This document shows positions 24,540-33,184 of a stretch of DNA of 64,000 nucleotides, in pieces. The DNA lies in assembly GCA_035637095.1 (NCBI GenBank), contig DASPXX010000275.1, forward strand, positions 4,665-68,664, in the 5' to 3' direction. The position numbers and the translations under genes are program-made. Source of the DNA: Thermoanaerobaculia bacterium (GTDB lineage: Bacteria; Acidobacteriota; Thermoanaerobaculia; Multivoradales; UBA5704). How positions within the stretch are numbered: the stretch's first letter is position 1; each line of letters starts with the position of its first letter. The notes below the pieces were generated by a model. It was not told the origin of the DNA, ran no database searches, and saw only the letters and a list, made by a program, of their open reading frames with translations.

Positions 24540-27388
24540 GAGATGCTCCTTGGAAAGATTACGGTCATCCGTGTGACCACTCCTTCTGGCGGTTGGAGAG
24601 AAAGGTCCAGCCTTCCGCCATATCGCTCCAGCGCTCGCCGAGCGAGAGGAAGCCCCCGGCCGCTACCCCGTTTCGTCGAAAAACCAAGCGTGAAGATTCG
24701 CGACCGATTTTCCTCAGGAATGCCACAGCCGTCATCGTCGATATGGCAAACCACTGCACGATCTGAAGCTTCCTCCTGCACAGTGATCGTCCCTCTCCTT
24801 TCAGATCGGGATTCCTTCCCAAGAATCGCATCTCTGGAGTTTCGCACAAGTGTCATGAGAACCAGATACGCCACATCAAATGGCACCTCTATTCTCCATT
24901 CTCGTTCTTCCTTCCAGACCAGATCGATGGCACGCGCCGCCAGACGCCCTTCGTAGAACTGGCCCACCTTCTCCAGGACCTCGGCCAAAGGAACAGAATT
25001 ACGCCCATCCAAGGGGAATGGCTTGAGGACAGAGCCGGCAAGCTCCAGAAACTGTTTGGCCGACTTCTCCAAAGCATGGAGTGTCCCCAGTCTGGGATCG
25101 CCGGGAGCGAGGCTTCCATCCCGGAGAAATTCCTCCCGGACCCATTCAACGCCAAGCGCAAACTCCTCTGCCGGGCTTCGGAGCTCATGCACCAGCAGAT
25201 CGTTCATCTCGAACTGCAAGGCCTCGGTTTCCAACTCGATCGCGCGGATACGGACCAGAGCCAGGTCGGCAGCCTCTGCGAATCGCTCCAGGAACCCCGC
25301 CCACGGAAGCTCCTCGGAAAGCTCCAGATGAAATCCCGGCCGCGCGATTCCCATGTAGAGCTCAACCTGTGAAGCAGTTAGTGGCAGAACGAGGATGCTC
25401 TCTCGTGCTCCATCGGACAAACGATGGTCAAAAACCCAGTATCGACCGACCCGCAACGGCGGTGAGTCTGCCTGAGAAACGCTGATCCTCCTCCCATCCT
25501 CCACAAGCCACTCGCGGGAGCCAGAAATCTTCTCGGGGTCGAACCAAACCCAGAGAAGACAAACCTCTCTGACAGCCTCTCGGAGTGCATCCCACCACTC
25601 GTGATAGGAAACGAGATCAAGCGAGCCGAGCCGTTTGTATAGACTATTCATGGCACGTCCGAGCTGGGCGCGATATTGGTCGAAGGCTGAGTCCCTGACC
25701 AAGGCAGCGATCACTTCCAGTTGCCGCTTATCCTCAGTGAGCGAAGGCCGATCCAATGGGTCCAAATCTCTGTCTATCACCAATATGATCTTTCCGATGG
25801 CTTTCTTCTCCAAAAGAATAGGAATCTCGACACAAGAATCGTTTGACCCCAGGAGAGACCGAAACTCGGCCTCAACCCTAGCAGGCTCTGGCTCTTGAAG
25901 GAGGTAAGGCGGGAAGCTCTCAACTCCACAGACAGCAGCTTGGCAGTGAAAGCCGAAGTTGAAGATAACCAGCGTGCTCTTTGGTGAGAGCATATCGTGA
26001 ATATCCTCAACAAACTTTGCGAGAAACATACCTTGATCGGGGGGGCGGCTCGATCTAACAGTTCTCAGTCGATTCCGCAACTGGCTCCGCGCCCACAACC
26101 AGCGTTCGGCTTGAATAACAGGAGTCAAGAACTCGGTCGCCTGGCGAATACGCTTCACATCAGTAGCTGTGACCGCACCCCTCTTTTGCCATTCAAAATT
26201 CAAACAGCCGACCACTGCACCATGAAAGCGAAGAGGAAAATTGACGAGTGAGTGCATGCCGGGAACGTATTCCCAGTAGCCCTTTCCACCAGAAAAATCG
26301 GGATCTCTTTCCCGGTCGTGGCTATGAACAAACTCGCCCTTGGCGAGAACCTTCCCTATAGTGGAGATTTCCGGCCTCGGCCGGGAATGCTGATCCAACG
26401 GCCGAAAGTCTGGTTTCAGCGCTGGATCCCGCAGCCATCTGAAAATCAGTACCTCGTCCGCTTTATCGCCAGGCAACCGAAGGCAGAGAGCGACAAGATC
26501 GGCCCCGATACTTTCGGCTACGGCACGGAGAATCCCATGGCTTACGAGAAAATCTCCTCTACTCTTCTTGACCGGCTCCAAGACGTCCTCGACCACGGCA
26601 AGCGAAAATGCGGAGAGGCACCGCATGATAACCAACAAGGCTCCGACAAAGAGGGAAACTTTCAAGACGAACGCCACACCAAACACACCGGCATCAAGAG
26701 CATCCACAACCGTACGTGGGGGGGAAGGCTTCATCCAGAGACTCTGCATCCTCTGGCTGACACGATCAGCCAAGGCCGACCAAGAACTCAGTGCGGGGAC
26801 TATCGCATAGACAACATGAAGGCAGGCATAGAGAAAGCCTCCCACGAGGTTGAAGAATGCCCAACTCTTCTTCTGCCGCGTTCCTGAGCTTGCGAACATC
26901 GCCCAACTGACACTGACCAGACAGATACTCGACAATAACGCTTCCAAAAAGCGATCCCAGGGAGAGGCGAGGGCTGCCTCCAAGACACCGCTGACCACGA
27001 ACGGAGCCAGGAGCCAAACCCAACGGGTTCGCAACCATCTATGCGGAAGTCGATAGAGGAGCGCCAGTGCCGCACAAATAAAAAACAGACTGTTGAGGTT
27101 CGAGAAGATCGCCTGTGCGATCGTTTCAATGAACTTCCAGGAACTTTCGCTGTCCCTGATCTTTGCCCAGAAGGCCACCGTCCGCAGCGTATATTGCACG
27201 GGGAAGACAGCAAAGGCCAAGCCAAGGTAAAGCACCCAGTCCTCATCCTTCAAAACCTCTTTGCGAAGGATCAGCAGGACCCCTGCCATCACCAGTGCCA
27301 CGATCGCGGTCACAAAGGTGATCGTCGTAGCCTTGAAGGCACTCCAGGCGGCGTAACTGGCGATGAAATCAAGAATCACATCGCTCAT
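24536..27388 (-). CDS. multi-TM sensor histidine kinase with tandem GAF-like domains
   Basis: Start chosen at ATG 27388 (MSDVILDF...), 2 nt after the upstream stop and with GGGAGGG as SD. About 7-8 TM segments. H-box VHELRSPAEEF, N-box TLVRNSRDAI, DDDGCGIP, GSGRGLPLARR. ATGA overlap with the next gene. Confidence 0.85.
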   Translation of the reverse strand: MSDVILDFIASYAAWSAFKATTITFVTAIVALVMAGVLLILRKEVLKDEDWVLYLGLAFAVFPVQYTLRTVAFWAKIRDSESSWKFIETIAQAIFSNLNSLFFICAALALLYRLPHRWLRTRWVWLLAPFVVSGVLEAALASPWDRFLEALLSSICLVSVSWAMFASSGTRQKKSWAFFNLVGGFLYACLHVVYAIVPALSSWSALADRVSQRMQSLWMKPSPPRTVVDALDAGVFGVAFVLKVSLFVGALLVIMRCLSAFSLAVVEDVLEPVKKSRGDFLVSHGILRAVAESIGADLVALCLRLPGDKADEVLIFRWLRDPALKPDFRPLDQHSRPRPEISTIGKVLAKGEFVHSHDRERDPDFSGGKGYWEYVPGMHSLVNFPLRFHGAVVGCLNFEWQKRGAVTATDVKRIRQATEFLTPVIQAERWLWARSQLRNRLRTVRSSRPPDQGMFLAKFVEDIHDMLSPKSTLVIFNFGFHCQAAVCGVESFPPYLLQEPEPARVEAEFRSLLGSNDSCVEIPILLEKKAIGKIILVIDRDLDPLDRPSLTEDKRQLEVIAALVRDSAFDQYRAQLGRAMNSLYKRLGSLDLVSYHEWWDALREAVREVCLLWVWFDPEKISGSREWLVEDGRRISVSQADSPPLRVGRYWVFDHRLSDGARESILVLPLTASQVELYMGIARPGFHLELSEELPWAGFLERFAEAADLALVRIRAIELETEALQFEMNDLLVHELRSPAEEFALGVEWVREEFLRDGSLAPGDPRLGTLHALEKSAKQFLELAGSVLKPFPLDGRNSVPLAEVLEKVGQFYEGRLAARAIDLVWKEEREWRIEVPFDVAYLVLMTLVRNSRDAILGKESRSERRGTITVQEEASDRAVVCHIDDDGCGIPEENRSRIFTLGFSTKRGSGRGLPLARRALERYGGRLDLSLQPPEGVVTRMTVIFPRSIS

Positions 27389-27390
27389 GC

Positions 27391-28719
27391 TCAGCCCTCC
27401 CTCTGCCAGAGGCGGCTTTCCGCTTCGAATTGGAAGGACGCCCGCGCCACCGCTTCTCCTCGCTCCCACCCCATCAAGGAAGCCCGGGTGCCCCGAGCAT
27501 CCGGTTCCACGCGCACCCACGCTGGCCGGGGTTCCCCCAGATCGCGCCCCGCGTGAAGATCTGCCAGGAAACCCTGCCAGTTTTCCTCGGGCGCGGCGCT
27601 CTGCGGCAGAGACAGGAGCCGCCCCCAGGTGCCGGAGTTGAGGTAGAGCCCTTTCTCCAGAGGCAGGGCTTTCGCGGTATGGGTGTGGCCCAGCACCACC
27701 AAGTCCACGCCGCGCTCCAGGAACAGGGGCACCCACCGAGCGCAACCATCCGGCGCAGAGAGATCAGAGCAGCCGTCTTCCGCTGAGACTCGCCGAAGCT
27801 GAGGAATGAGGTCCTTCCCAAGATCCTCGGAGGAACGGACCAATTTCTCTTCCTCCTGAATCCAGGATCGCAGCCGCGCTCTGGGGGAGCCTTCCTCACT
27901 CCCGCGCACCAACCGTGCCGGCGAGGACTTCCTCACCAACTTTCCCCAGAACGATTCCGGCAGCGACAACAAAGCACTCTTGATCGCTCCGAGGAAGGCC
28001 CGCTTCTCGGCAAAGCTCAAGAACTGGAACAAAATGGGAAATACCGCCTCTCGCTCCGGCTTCAGGGCATCGACCCACGGATAGCGGGAACGCAGGCGCA
28101 GCACGTGCTCTACCACCAATCGCGTCCCCAGAGGAGGCTCATACTCGTGCTCGTCGGACCGAGAAAAGCCGTAGCTCAACCGGTTGACGGCGGTTCGCAG
28201 CCGGCCATATTCGATCCGGTTCAAATCGTCGAAGCAGTCCCCGTGCGCAACCCGCACCCGCGCCGGCCCTACCTGGAAATCGACGGCCTCGCCCTCGGTC
28301 CGCCAGCGGACCGAGGACGCGGGAGACTCCACGCCTAACCGATGATCGAGAACCTCCCGGACATCGGGAAACAGCAGCTCCGGGTCATGATTGCCATTCA
28401 GTATCCACAACTCGTGCCGGGGAGAGCGCGCCAGGAGCGCCAGAGCATCGAAGACTTCCGGGTGACACTCCACGATCGCCGCGGCTCGTGCCGCCGCCCC
28501 GTGCGGATCAAACGCGGGGACCGTCTCCTCGCCCTCCCGGGGCACCAGAAAGTCGAGAAAGTCTCCCGCGATCACCACCCGGGTGGGACCGGTATTTTCC
28601 GCGATCCAACGGAGAAAGGCGGCCAGCTCGGAATCGGCCCGGAAGAGGCCCCGGCCCCGCTCCGCTCCCAGATGGAGATCGCTCAAGAGAATCAGCTCAG
28701 GCACGTCGGAATCGCCCAT
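27391..28719 (-). CDS. calcineurin-like metallophosphoesterase (442 aa)
   Basis: Motifs LLSDLHLG, VIAGDFLD, LNGNHD, VAHGD, VLGHTH. First gene of the five-gene operon. Confidence 0.85.
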   Translation of the reverse strand: MGDSDVPELILLSDLHLGAERGRGLFRADSELAAFLRWIAENTGPTRVVIAGDFLDFLVPREGEETVPAFDPHGAAARAAAIVECHPEVFDALALLARSPRHELWILNGNHDPELLFPDVREVLDHRLGVESPASSVRWRTEGEAVDFQVGPARVRVAHGDCFDDLNRIEYGRLRTAVNRLSYGFSRSDEHEYEPPLGTRLVVEHVLRLRSRYPWVDALKPEREAVFPILFQFLSFAEKRAFLGAIKSALLSLPESFWGKLVRKSSPARLVRGSEEGSPRARLRSWIQEEEKLVRSSEDLGKDLIPQLRRVSAEDGCSDLSAPDGCARWVPLFLERGVDLVVLGHTHTAKALPLEKGLYLNSGTWGRLLSLPQSAAPEENWQGFLADLHAGRDLGEPRPAWVRVEPDARGTRASLMGWERGEAVARASFQFEAESRLWQREG

Positions 28720-28759
28720 CGGTCTCGTTCCTCAATCACAGGTGACTATAGATACAAGC

Positions 28760-28799
28760 GGCCGGCGGGCAGCCTCCCTCGCAAGGCTGCCCGCCGGCC
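28760..28799 (-). terminator. perfect 15-bp stem hairpin between the micropeptide ORF and the operon (terminator/attenuator candidate)
   Basis: GGCCGGCGGGCAGCC (28760-28774), 10-nt loop, GGCTGCCCGCCGGCC (28785-28799). It begins 1 nt after the micropeptide stop. On the transcribed strand it is followed by GCTTGTATCTATAG, only a modest U-tract. Confidence 0.5.
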
Positions 28800-28800
28800 C

Positions 28801-28923
28801 TCAGTTGCCGCTTTCGGCCTCTTCGTCGGCACCGAGCGCCCAGATTCCGTTGCCCGAGTAGTGGAAGCGGCGTGGCGGGCGACTGCGAGGGAACCAGGCT
28901 CTCAAGCGTTTGAAGGTTGTCAT
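28801..28923 (-). CDS. 40-aa micropeptide (basic N-half, acidic C-tail)
   Basis: MTTFKRLRAWFPRSRPPRRFHYSGNGIWALGADEEAESGN. The ATG at 28923 is preceded by GGAAAGGGGG at about 8 nt. It lies about 40 nt downstream of a sigma-54 promoter motif. Confidence 0.5.
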   Translation of the reverse strand: MTTFKRLRAWFPRSRPPRRFHYSGNGIWALGADEEAESGN

Positions 28924-28961
28924 GGTAACTACCCCCTTTCCTTTCGACGCCTTGGCTAGAG

Positions 28962-28977
28962 AGCAACTCGCGTGCCT
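28962..28977 (-). promoter_or_regulatory. near-consensus sigma-54 (-24/-12) promoter
   Basis: The minus strand reads AGGCACGCGAGTTGCT, compared with consensus TGGCACG-N4-TTGCW. The GG/GC spacing is exact. It points toward the micropeptide and the five-gene operon. Confidence 0.6.
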
Positions 28978-29171
28978 ACCCAATTAGGAGCAGAATATCC
29001 ATTGTTTTCAGTGGGTTGAGTGGAAGACCGTCAACTCGGCGGCAGATTATGTCGGATCGATCGGACCGCATTCCAGACTTCCGGATTGGTCGGACGATGT
29101 GGACAGTTGGGCGTTGGGGCGAGGTGGCCGTCTTCGTGCCGCACTGCCCTGTATCGATATACTCCCCGCCC

Positions 29172-30653
29172 ATGGAGCGACGCGCGAAGATCATGGCCAC
29201 CCTGGGGCCGGCGAGCACTCCGGAGGACGTCCTCCGCGAGCTGGTGCGCGCCGGCGTCGACCTGTTCCGTCTGAACCTCTCCCATGGCTCGCAGGAGGAG
29301 CACGCCCGGACGCTCCAGCGGGTGCGGCGCGTGGCGCGCGAGGAGGGTTGCCACCTGCCGGTCGTCATGGACCTGATGGGCCCGCGCTACCGGTTGGGCC
29401 TCATCCCGGGCGACGGCCGCACCCTGGAGCCCGGCGAGGAGGTCACTCTCGGTCCGCAGAGCTCCGACGTCGAGATCCCGGTGGATGCCGAAATCCTGGA
29501 GCACCTGGAGCCGGGCGAGCGCGTGCTGATCGACAGCGGCCTGATCGAGCTGCGCATCCTCGACAAGCAGGGGGACCGGCTGCGGGTCAAGGTGATCAAC
29601 GGCGGCCCGATCCGCACCCGCAAGGGGATCAACCTGCCGGACACCTCGCTCCCCTTCGAGATCTCGGACAAGGACCGTTCGGACATCTTCTTCGCCGTGC
29701 GCGAAGGGGCCGACTACCTGGCCGCGAGCTACGTGGGCGAGGCGGCCCACATCGAGGCGATCCGCAAGGTGGTGACCGAGGCGGGCGGCCGCATCCCCCT
29801 GGTGGCGAAGCTGGAGCGCGCCACCGCTCTGGAGCACCTCGACCAGATCAACGAGGCCGCGGACGGCATGATGGTGGCGCGCGGCGATCTCGGGGTCGAG
29901 GTGCCGCTCCATACCGTGCCCGTCCATCAGAAGCGGATCGTCGCCAGCGGGCGGCGGACCGGCAAGCCGGTGATCGTCGCCACCCAGATGCTCGAATCGA
30001 TGATCGAGCAGCCGCGGCCGACCCGCGCCGAGGCGACCGACGTGGCCAATGCCGTGCTCGACGGCGCCGACGTGCTGATGCTTTCGGGCGAGACCGCGAT
30101 GGGCAAATACCCGGTGGAGGTGGTGCGCACCATGGCTCTGATCATCGAGGAGGCGGAGGCGTTCGCGCGGAGCACCGCGCGGGAGGAGCCGGCCACCCTC
30201 CATCCCCTGGGGCCCGCCCACGTCCGCCGCTCGTTCGAGATGGACCCGTCGGCGCATCAGGACGACGACCTGTCGCTCGACGTGCCGGACCTGGTCTCGG
30301 CGGCGGCGGTCTATGCCGCGGACCAGCTCGGGGTGAGTCGCATCGTGGCGTTCAGCCAGAGCGGTTTCACGGCCCGGCTCGTGGCGCGATACCGGCCGAC
30401 GGCGCCGATCGTCGCCTTCACCCCCGAGGAGCGGGTGGCACGCCAGCTGCAGCTCGTCTGGGGCGTGCGTCCGCTCGTCACAGGCACCGAAGTCGGCACG
30501 CTCGACGAGGTCGTCCAGGCGGTCGAGCGCCATCTGCTCGCCGCCAAGATGGTCGGCCCGGGGGAGCGGATCGTCATCCTGATGGGCCATCCGATCCGCG
30601 ACCGGCCGCTGACCAATCTGATGCGCGTGCACCGCATCCGGGCCCGCCAGTGA
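29172..30653 (+). CDS. pyk: pyruvate kinase
   Basis: MERRAKIMATLGPAS...LFRLNLSHGS...MVARGDLGVE...ATQMLESM... are canonical PK motifs. ATG 29172 chosen over the 29016 ORF start. Confidence 0.95.
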   Translation: MERRAKIMATLGPASTPEDVLRELVRAGVDLFRLNLSHGSQEEHARTLQRVRRVAREEGCHLPVVMDLMGPRYRLGLIPGDGRTLEPGEEVTLGPQSSDVEIPVDAEILEHLEPGERVLIDSGLIELRILDKQGDRLRVKVINGGPIRTRKGINLPDTSLPFEISDKDRSDIFFAVREGADYLAASYVGEAAHIEAIRKVVTEAGGRIPLVAKLERATALEHLDQINEAADGMMVARGDLGVEVPLHTVPVHQKRIVASGRRTGKPVIVATQMLESMIEQPRPTRAEATDVANAVLDGADVLMLSGETAMGKYPVEVVRTMALIIEEAEAFARSTAREEPATLHPLGPAHVRRSFEMDPSAHQDDDLSLDVPDLVSAAAVYAADQLGVSRIVAFSQSGFTARLVARYRPTAPIVAFTPEERVARQLQLVWGVRPLVTGTEVGTLDEVVQAVERHLLAAKMVGPGERIVILMGHPIRDRPLTNLMRVHRIRARQ

Positions 30654-31339
30654 TCCCGATCCACGATCTCAACCCGCGGCGCACCGCGCCCATCGTCACG
30701 GTCCTGCTGATCGTGGTGAACGTCCTGGCTTTCTTCTACGAGCTGTCTCTGGGGCAGCGGGTGGAAGGCTTCCTGATGTCCGCCGCGTTCGTTCCGGCGC
30801 GCATCCAGGAAGGGCTGCCCGCGGCCATGGGGAGCGCTCTGCTCTCGATGTTCCTGCACGGCGGCTGGGCGCATCTGCTCGGCAACATGCTGTTCCTCTG
30901 GGTGTTCGGCGACAACGTCGAGGACCGGCTGGGGCACGTCCGCTATCTGCTCTTCTACCTGCTGGCGGGCTATGCCGCGGCGTTCACCCATGCGTTCTTC
31001 AGCCCGGCGTCGATGGTCCCGGCGATCGGCGCGAGCGGCGCCATCTCGGGAGTCCTCGGGGCGTATCTCTTCCTGCATCCGAAGGCGCGCATCGTCACCG
31101 TGGTCTGGTTCCTCTTCTTCATCCGCTTCATCGAGATTCCGGCCATCGTGTACCTGCCGATCTGGTTCCTGCTGCAGCTCTTCTCCGGCGTCGCCTCGCT
31201 CGGTGCGCCCGCGGACCAGGCGGGGGGCGTGGCTTTCTGGGCGCACATCGGAGGGTTCGTGGCCGGGCCGCTGCTCCTCCTCCTGCTCGGCGGCCGGCGG
31301 CGGGCGGTGGAGATCGAGCGGGTGCGGCAGCCGTGGTAG
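30650..31339 (+). CDS. rhomboid-family intramembrane serine protease
   Basis: HGGWAHLLGNMLFLWVFG and GASGAISGVLGAY (catalytic Ser), plus AHIGGF (His). GTG at 30650 overlaps the pyk stop (GTGA). Confidence 0.9.
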   Translation: MIPIHDLNPRRTAPIVTVLLIVVNVLAFFYELSLGQRVEGFLMSAAFVPARIQEGLPAAMGSALLSMFLHGGWAHLLGNMLFLWVFGDNVEDRLGHVRYLLFYLLAGYAAAFTHAFFSPASMVPAIGASGAISGVLGAYLFLHPKARIVTVVWFLFFIRFIEIPAIVYLPIWFLLQLFSGVASLGAPADQAGGVAFWAHIGGFVAGPLLLLLLGGRRRAVEIERVRQPW

Positions 31340-31341
31340 AG

Positions 31342-31470
31342 CCCTCACCCCCGGCCCCTCTCCCGCAAGCGGGAGAGGGGAGAGGGTTAGCCTTCGTAGC
31401 CTGGAATGCCATGAGACTGACTAACCTACACCCCTCTCCTGCTTGCGGGAGAGGGGCCGGGGGTGAGGGT
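31342..31470. repeat. 129-bp MITE/REP-like palindromic element (family 'CTCACCCCCGGCCCCTCTCCC...GGGAGAGGGG')
   Basis: About 50-bp arms in inverted orientation (31342-31392 and 31421-31470) around a unique core. Each arm holds a 10-bp hairpin CCCCTCTCCC/GGGAGAGGGG. Near-identical to the element at 32946-33074. Confidence 0.9.
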
Positions 31471-33011
31471 TGAAGCGGCTCGTAGCCCTGGCCATCCTCC
31501 TCCTCGCGCTGGGGCTCGCCGATGCCTGCTGGCTGGAGCCGCAGGTCCTCCTGCTGCGCACGGACGTGCGGATCGACCTGCCGGCGCCTCTCCTGCGCAC
31601 CGTCCAGCTGAGCGATCTCCACATCACGCGGGACCGGCCTCTCCTCCACCGTCTGCTCGGCGAGGTCCGGGTGGCACGGCCGTCCTTGATCCTGGTGAGC
31701 GGCGATCTGATCCGGGATGTGCCTGACCCGGAGACGCTCGCCCGGCACCTGGACGCCACGGCGGCGTTCATGGCCTCCCTGCGGCGGATCGCTCCGATCA
31801 TCGCCGTTCAGGGGCACAGCGAGTACCAGGGACCGGTGATCGCCCGCCTCGATCAGGCGGGCGTGCAGTGGCTGTCGAACGAGGGGCGGCGGATCGGCCC
31901 GGGCGGCGGCATCCTTCTCCTGGGTCTCAATACGCAGGTCGGGGAGGATGAGCTCACGCGCCGGTGGCCGAGCCCGTTCCGCCCGCTCCACCGCCTGGGG
32001 GGATGGCAGTACGGCGCCCAGCGGAGCGATCCGTTCCGGAACTTCTATGCCCATTGGGATCCGTCGCCTGCAGGGATGGCTGACGAGGGAGGGCCGCTCG
32101 CCTGGAGCGGCGTCGACGTGGTCTGCGACACCTGGATCGACGATGCGGACGTGGGGACCGGGCTCGCCGTGCACAGCCGCTACGTGCTCGGCGAGGACCG
32201 CATGTACCGCCTGCGCCGGGTGCGCCCGGAGCACGGCGAGCCCGGCTCCTTCGTGCTGTTGGCGCACGGGACGACGCTGACCGGCGACGTCGACACCGGC
32301 ATCGAGCCGAAGCCAAAACGCTGGTACCGGATGCGGTTGCGCACCGTGGTGGAGCCGGGAGTGGTCCGGCTGCTGGCGCGGGTGTGGCCGGCCGGCGGTC
32401 CGGAGCCGCGGCAGTGGCAGGCGCAGGCGCAGGACCGCTCGCGCTTCCGCGTCGAGGCGGGGACGGTCGGGCTCTGGGCCTGGGGCGGAGGTACGGTCCT
32501 CTACCGGAACCTCGAGGTCACCGGCGCCAAGGGCGAGCTCTTGCTGCGCGCGCCGCTCGCCGGTCGCGACGAGCCGCCGGGCTGGCGCAAGGGGCCGCGC
32601 GGCACGCGCCTGGAGATGGCGCTCGCCCGCAGCCCGTACGTGCCGCCGGGGACGCCGCGGGTCGTCCTCTCCCACACGCCGGACGTGGTGCTCGAAGCCT
32701 CCCGGCGCGGCCTGGAAGCCGTGATCGCCGGGCACACGCACGGAGGGCAGGTCCGCCTCCCCTTCTTCGGAGCGCTGACCACGCGCAACGCGCTGGGCGC
32801 CTACTACGACTTCGGCCGCTTCGAGTTCCCCGCGCCGAACGCCCGCGGCACGACGTCGCTCTACATCAACCCCGGAGTGGGGACGTCGGTCTTGCCGGTC
32901 CGCTTCTGGTGCCCGCCACGGTGGGCGGTGGTGGAGCTGGGGCGGCCCTCACCCCCGGCCCCTCTCCCGCAAGCGGGAGAGGGGAGAGGGTTAGCCGAAG
33001 ACATCCGCTGA
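31470..33011 (+). CDS. secreted metallophosphoesterase with inserted beta-sandwich-like domain
   Basis: Signal peptide MKRLVALAILLLALGLADA. Motifs LSDLHI, VSGDLIRD, VIAGHTHGGQ. The TTG start is the last base of the upstream repeat, and the last ~20 codons are encoded by the downstream repeat. Confidence 0.8.
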   Translation: MKRLVALAILLLALGLADACWLEPQVLLLRTDVRIDLPAPLLRTVQLSDLHITRDRPLLHRLLGEVRVARPSLILVSGDLIRDVPDPETLARHLDATAAFMASLRRIAPIIAVQGHSEYQGPVIARLDQAGVQWLSNEGRRIGPGGGILLLGLNTQVGEDELTRRWPSPFRPLHRLGGWQYGAQRSDPFRNFYAHWDPSPAGMADEGGPLAWSGVDVVCDTWIDDADVGTGLAVHSRYVLGEDRMYRLRRVRPEHGEPGSFVLLAHGTTLTGDVDTGIEPKPKRWYRMRLRTVVEPGVVRLLARVWPAGGPEPRQWQAQAQDRSRFRVEAGTVGLWAWGGGTVLYRNLEVTGAKGELLLRAPLAGRDEPPGWRKGPRGTRLEMALARSPYVPPGTPRVVLSHTPDVVLEASRRGLEAVIAGHTHGGQVRLPFFGALTTRNALGAYYDFGRFEFPAPNARGTTSLYINPGVGTSVLPVRFWCPPRWAVVELGRPSPPAPLPQAGEGRGLAEDIR

Positions 33012-33074
33012 GGCTCCTGTTTTTTCTAACCTGCACCCCTCTCCCACTCGTGGGAGAGGGGCCGGGGGTGAGGG
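32946..33074. repeat. 129-bp MITE/REP-like palindromic element (same family)
   Basis: The arms are essentially identical to those at 31342-31470, with a different central core. Confidence 0.9.
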
Positions 33075-33085
33075 CCTGTCGGCGC

Positions 33086-33130
33086 AACGTCACAGCAGCG
33101 TCTTCAATCTGTCACAAATCCGGTCACTTT
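33086..33130 (+). promoter_or_regulatory. Pho-box-like phased GTCAC repeats upstream of phoU
   Basis: GTCAC at 33089, 33111 and 33123 (spacings 22 and 12 bp), including CTGTCACAAAT. The E. coli Pho box has CTGTCAT direct repeats at 11-bp phasing. Confidence 0.3.
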
Positions 33131-33184
33131 TCGGCCGCTATCTCCTTTCGCTCAGCCGTACAGGGGAGTTAAGATCTTTCCACG

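Noticed and set aside
24536-27745. Full 1069-aa version of the histidine kinase ORF, and the 545-aa version of pyk (29016 start).
   Set aside because: The N-terminal extensions are low-complexity. The kinase extension overlaps the upstream metallophosphoesterase gene by ~350 nt. Internal ATGs (27388, 29172) have proper spacing and SDs and begin at the conserved N-termini.
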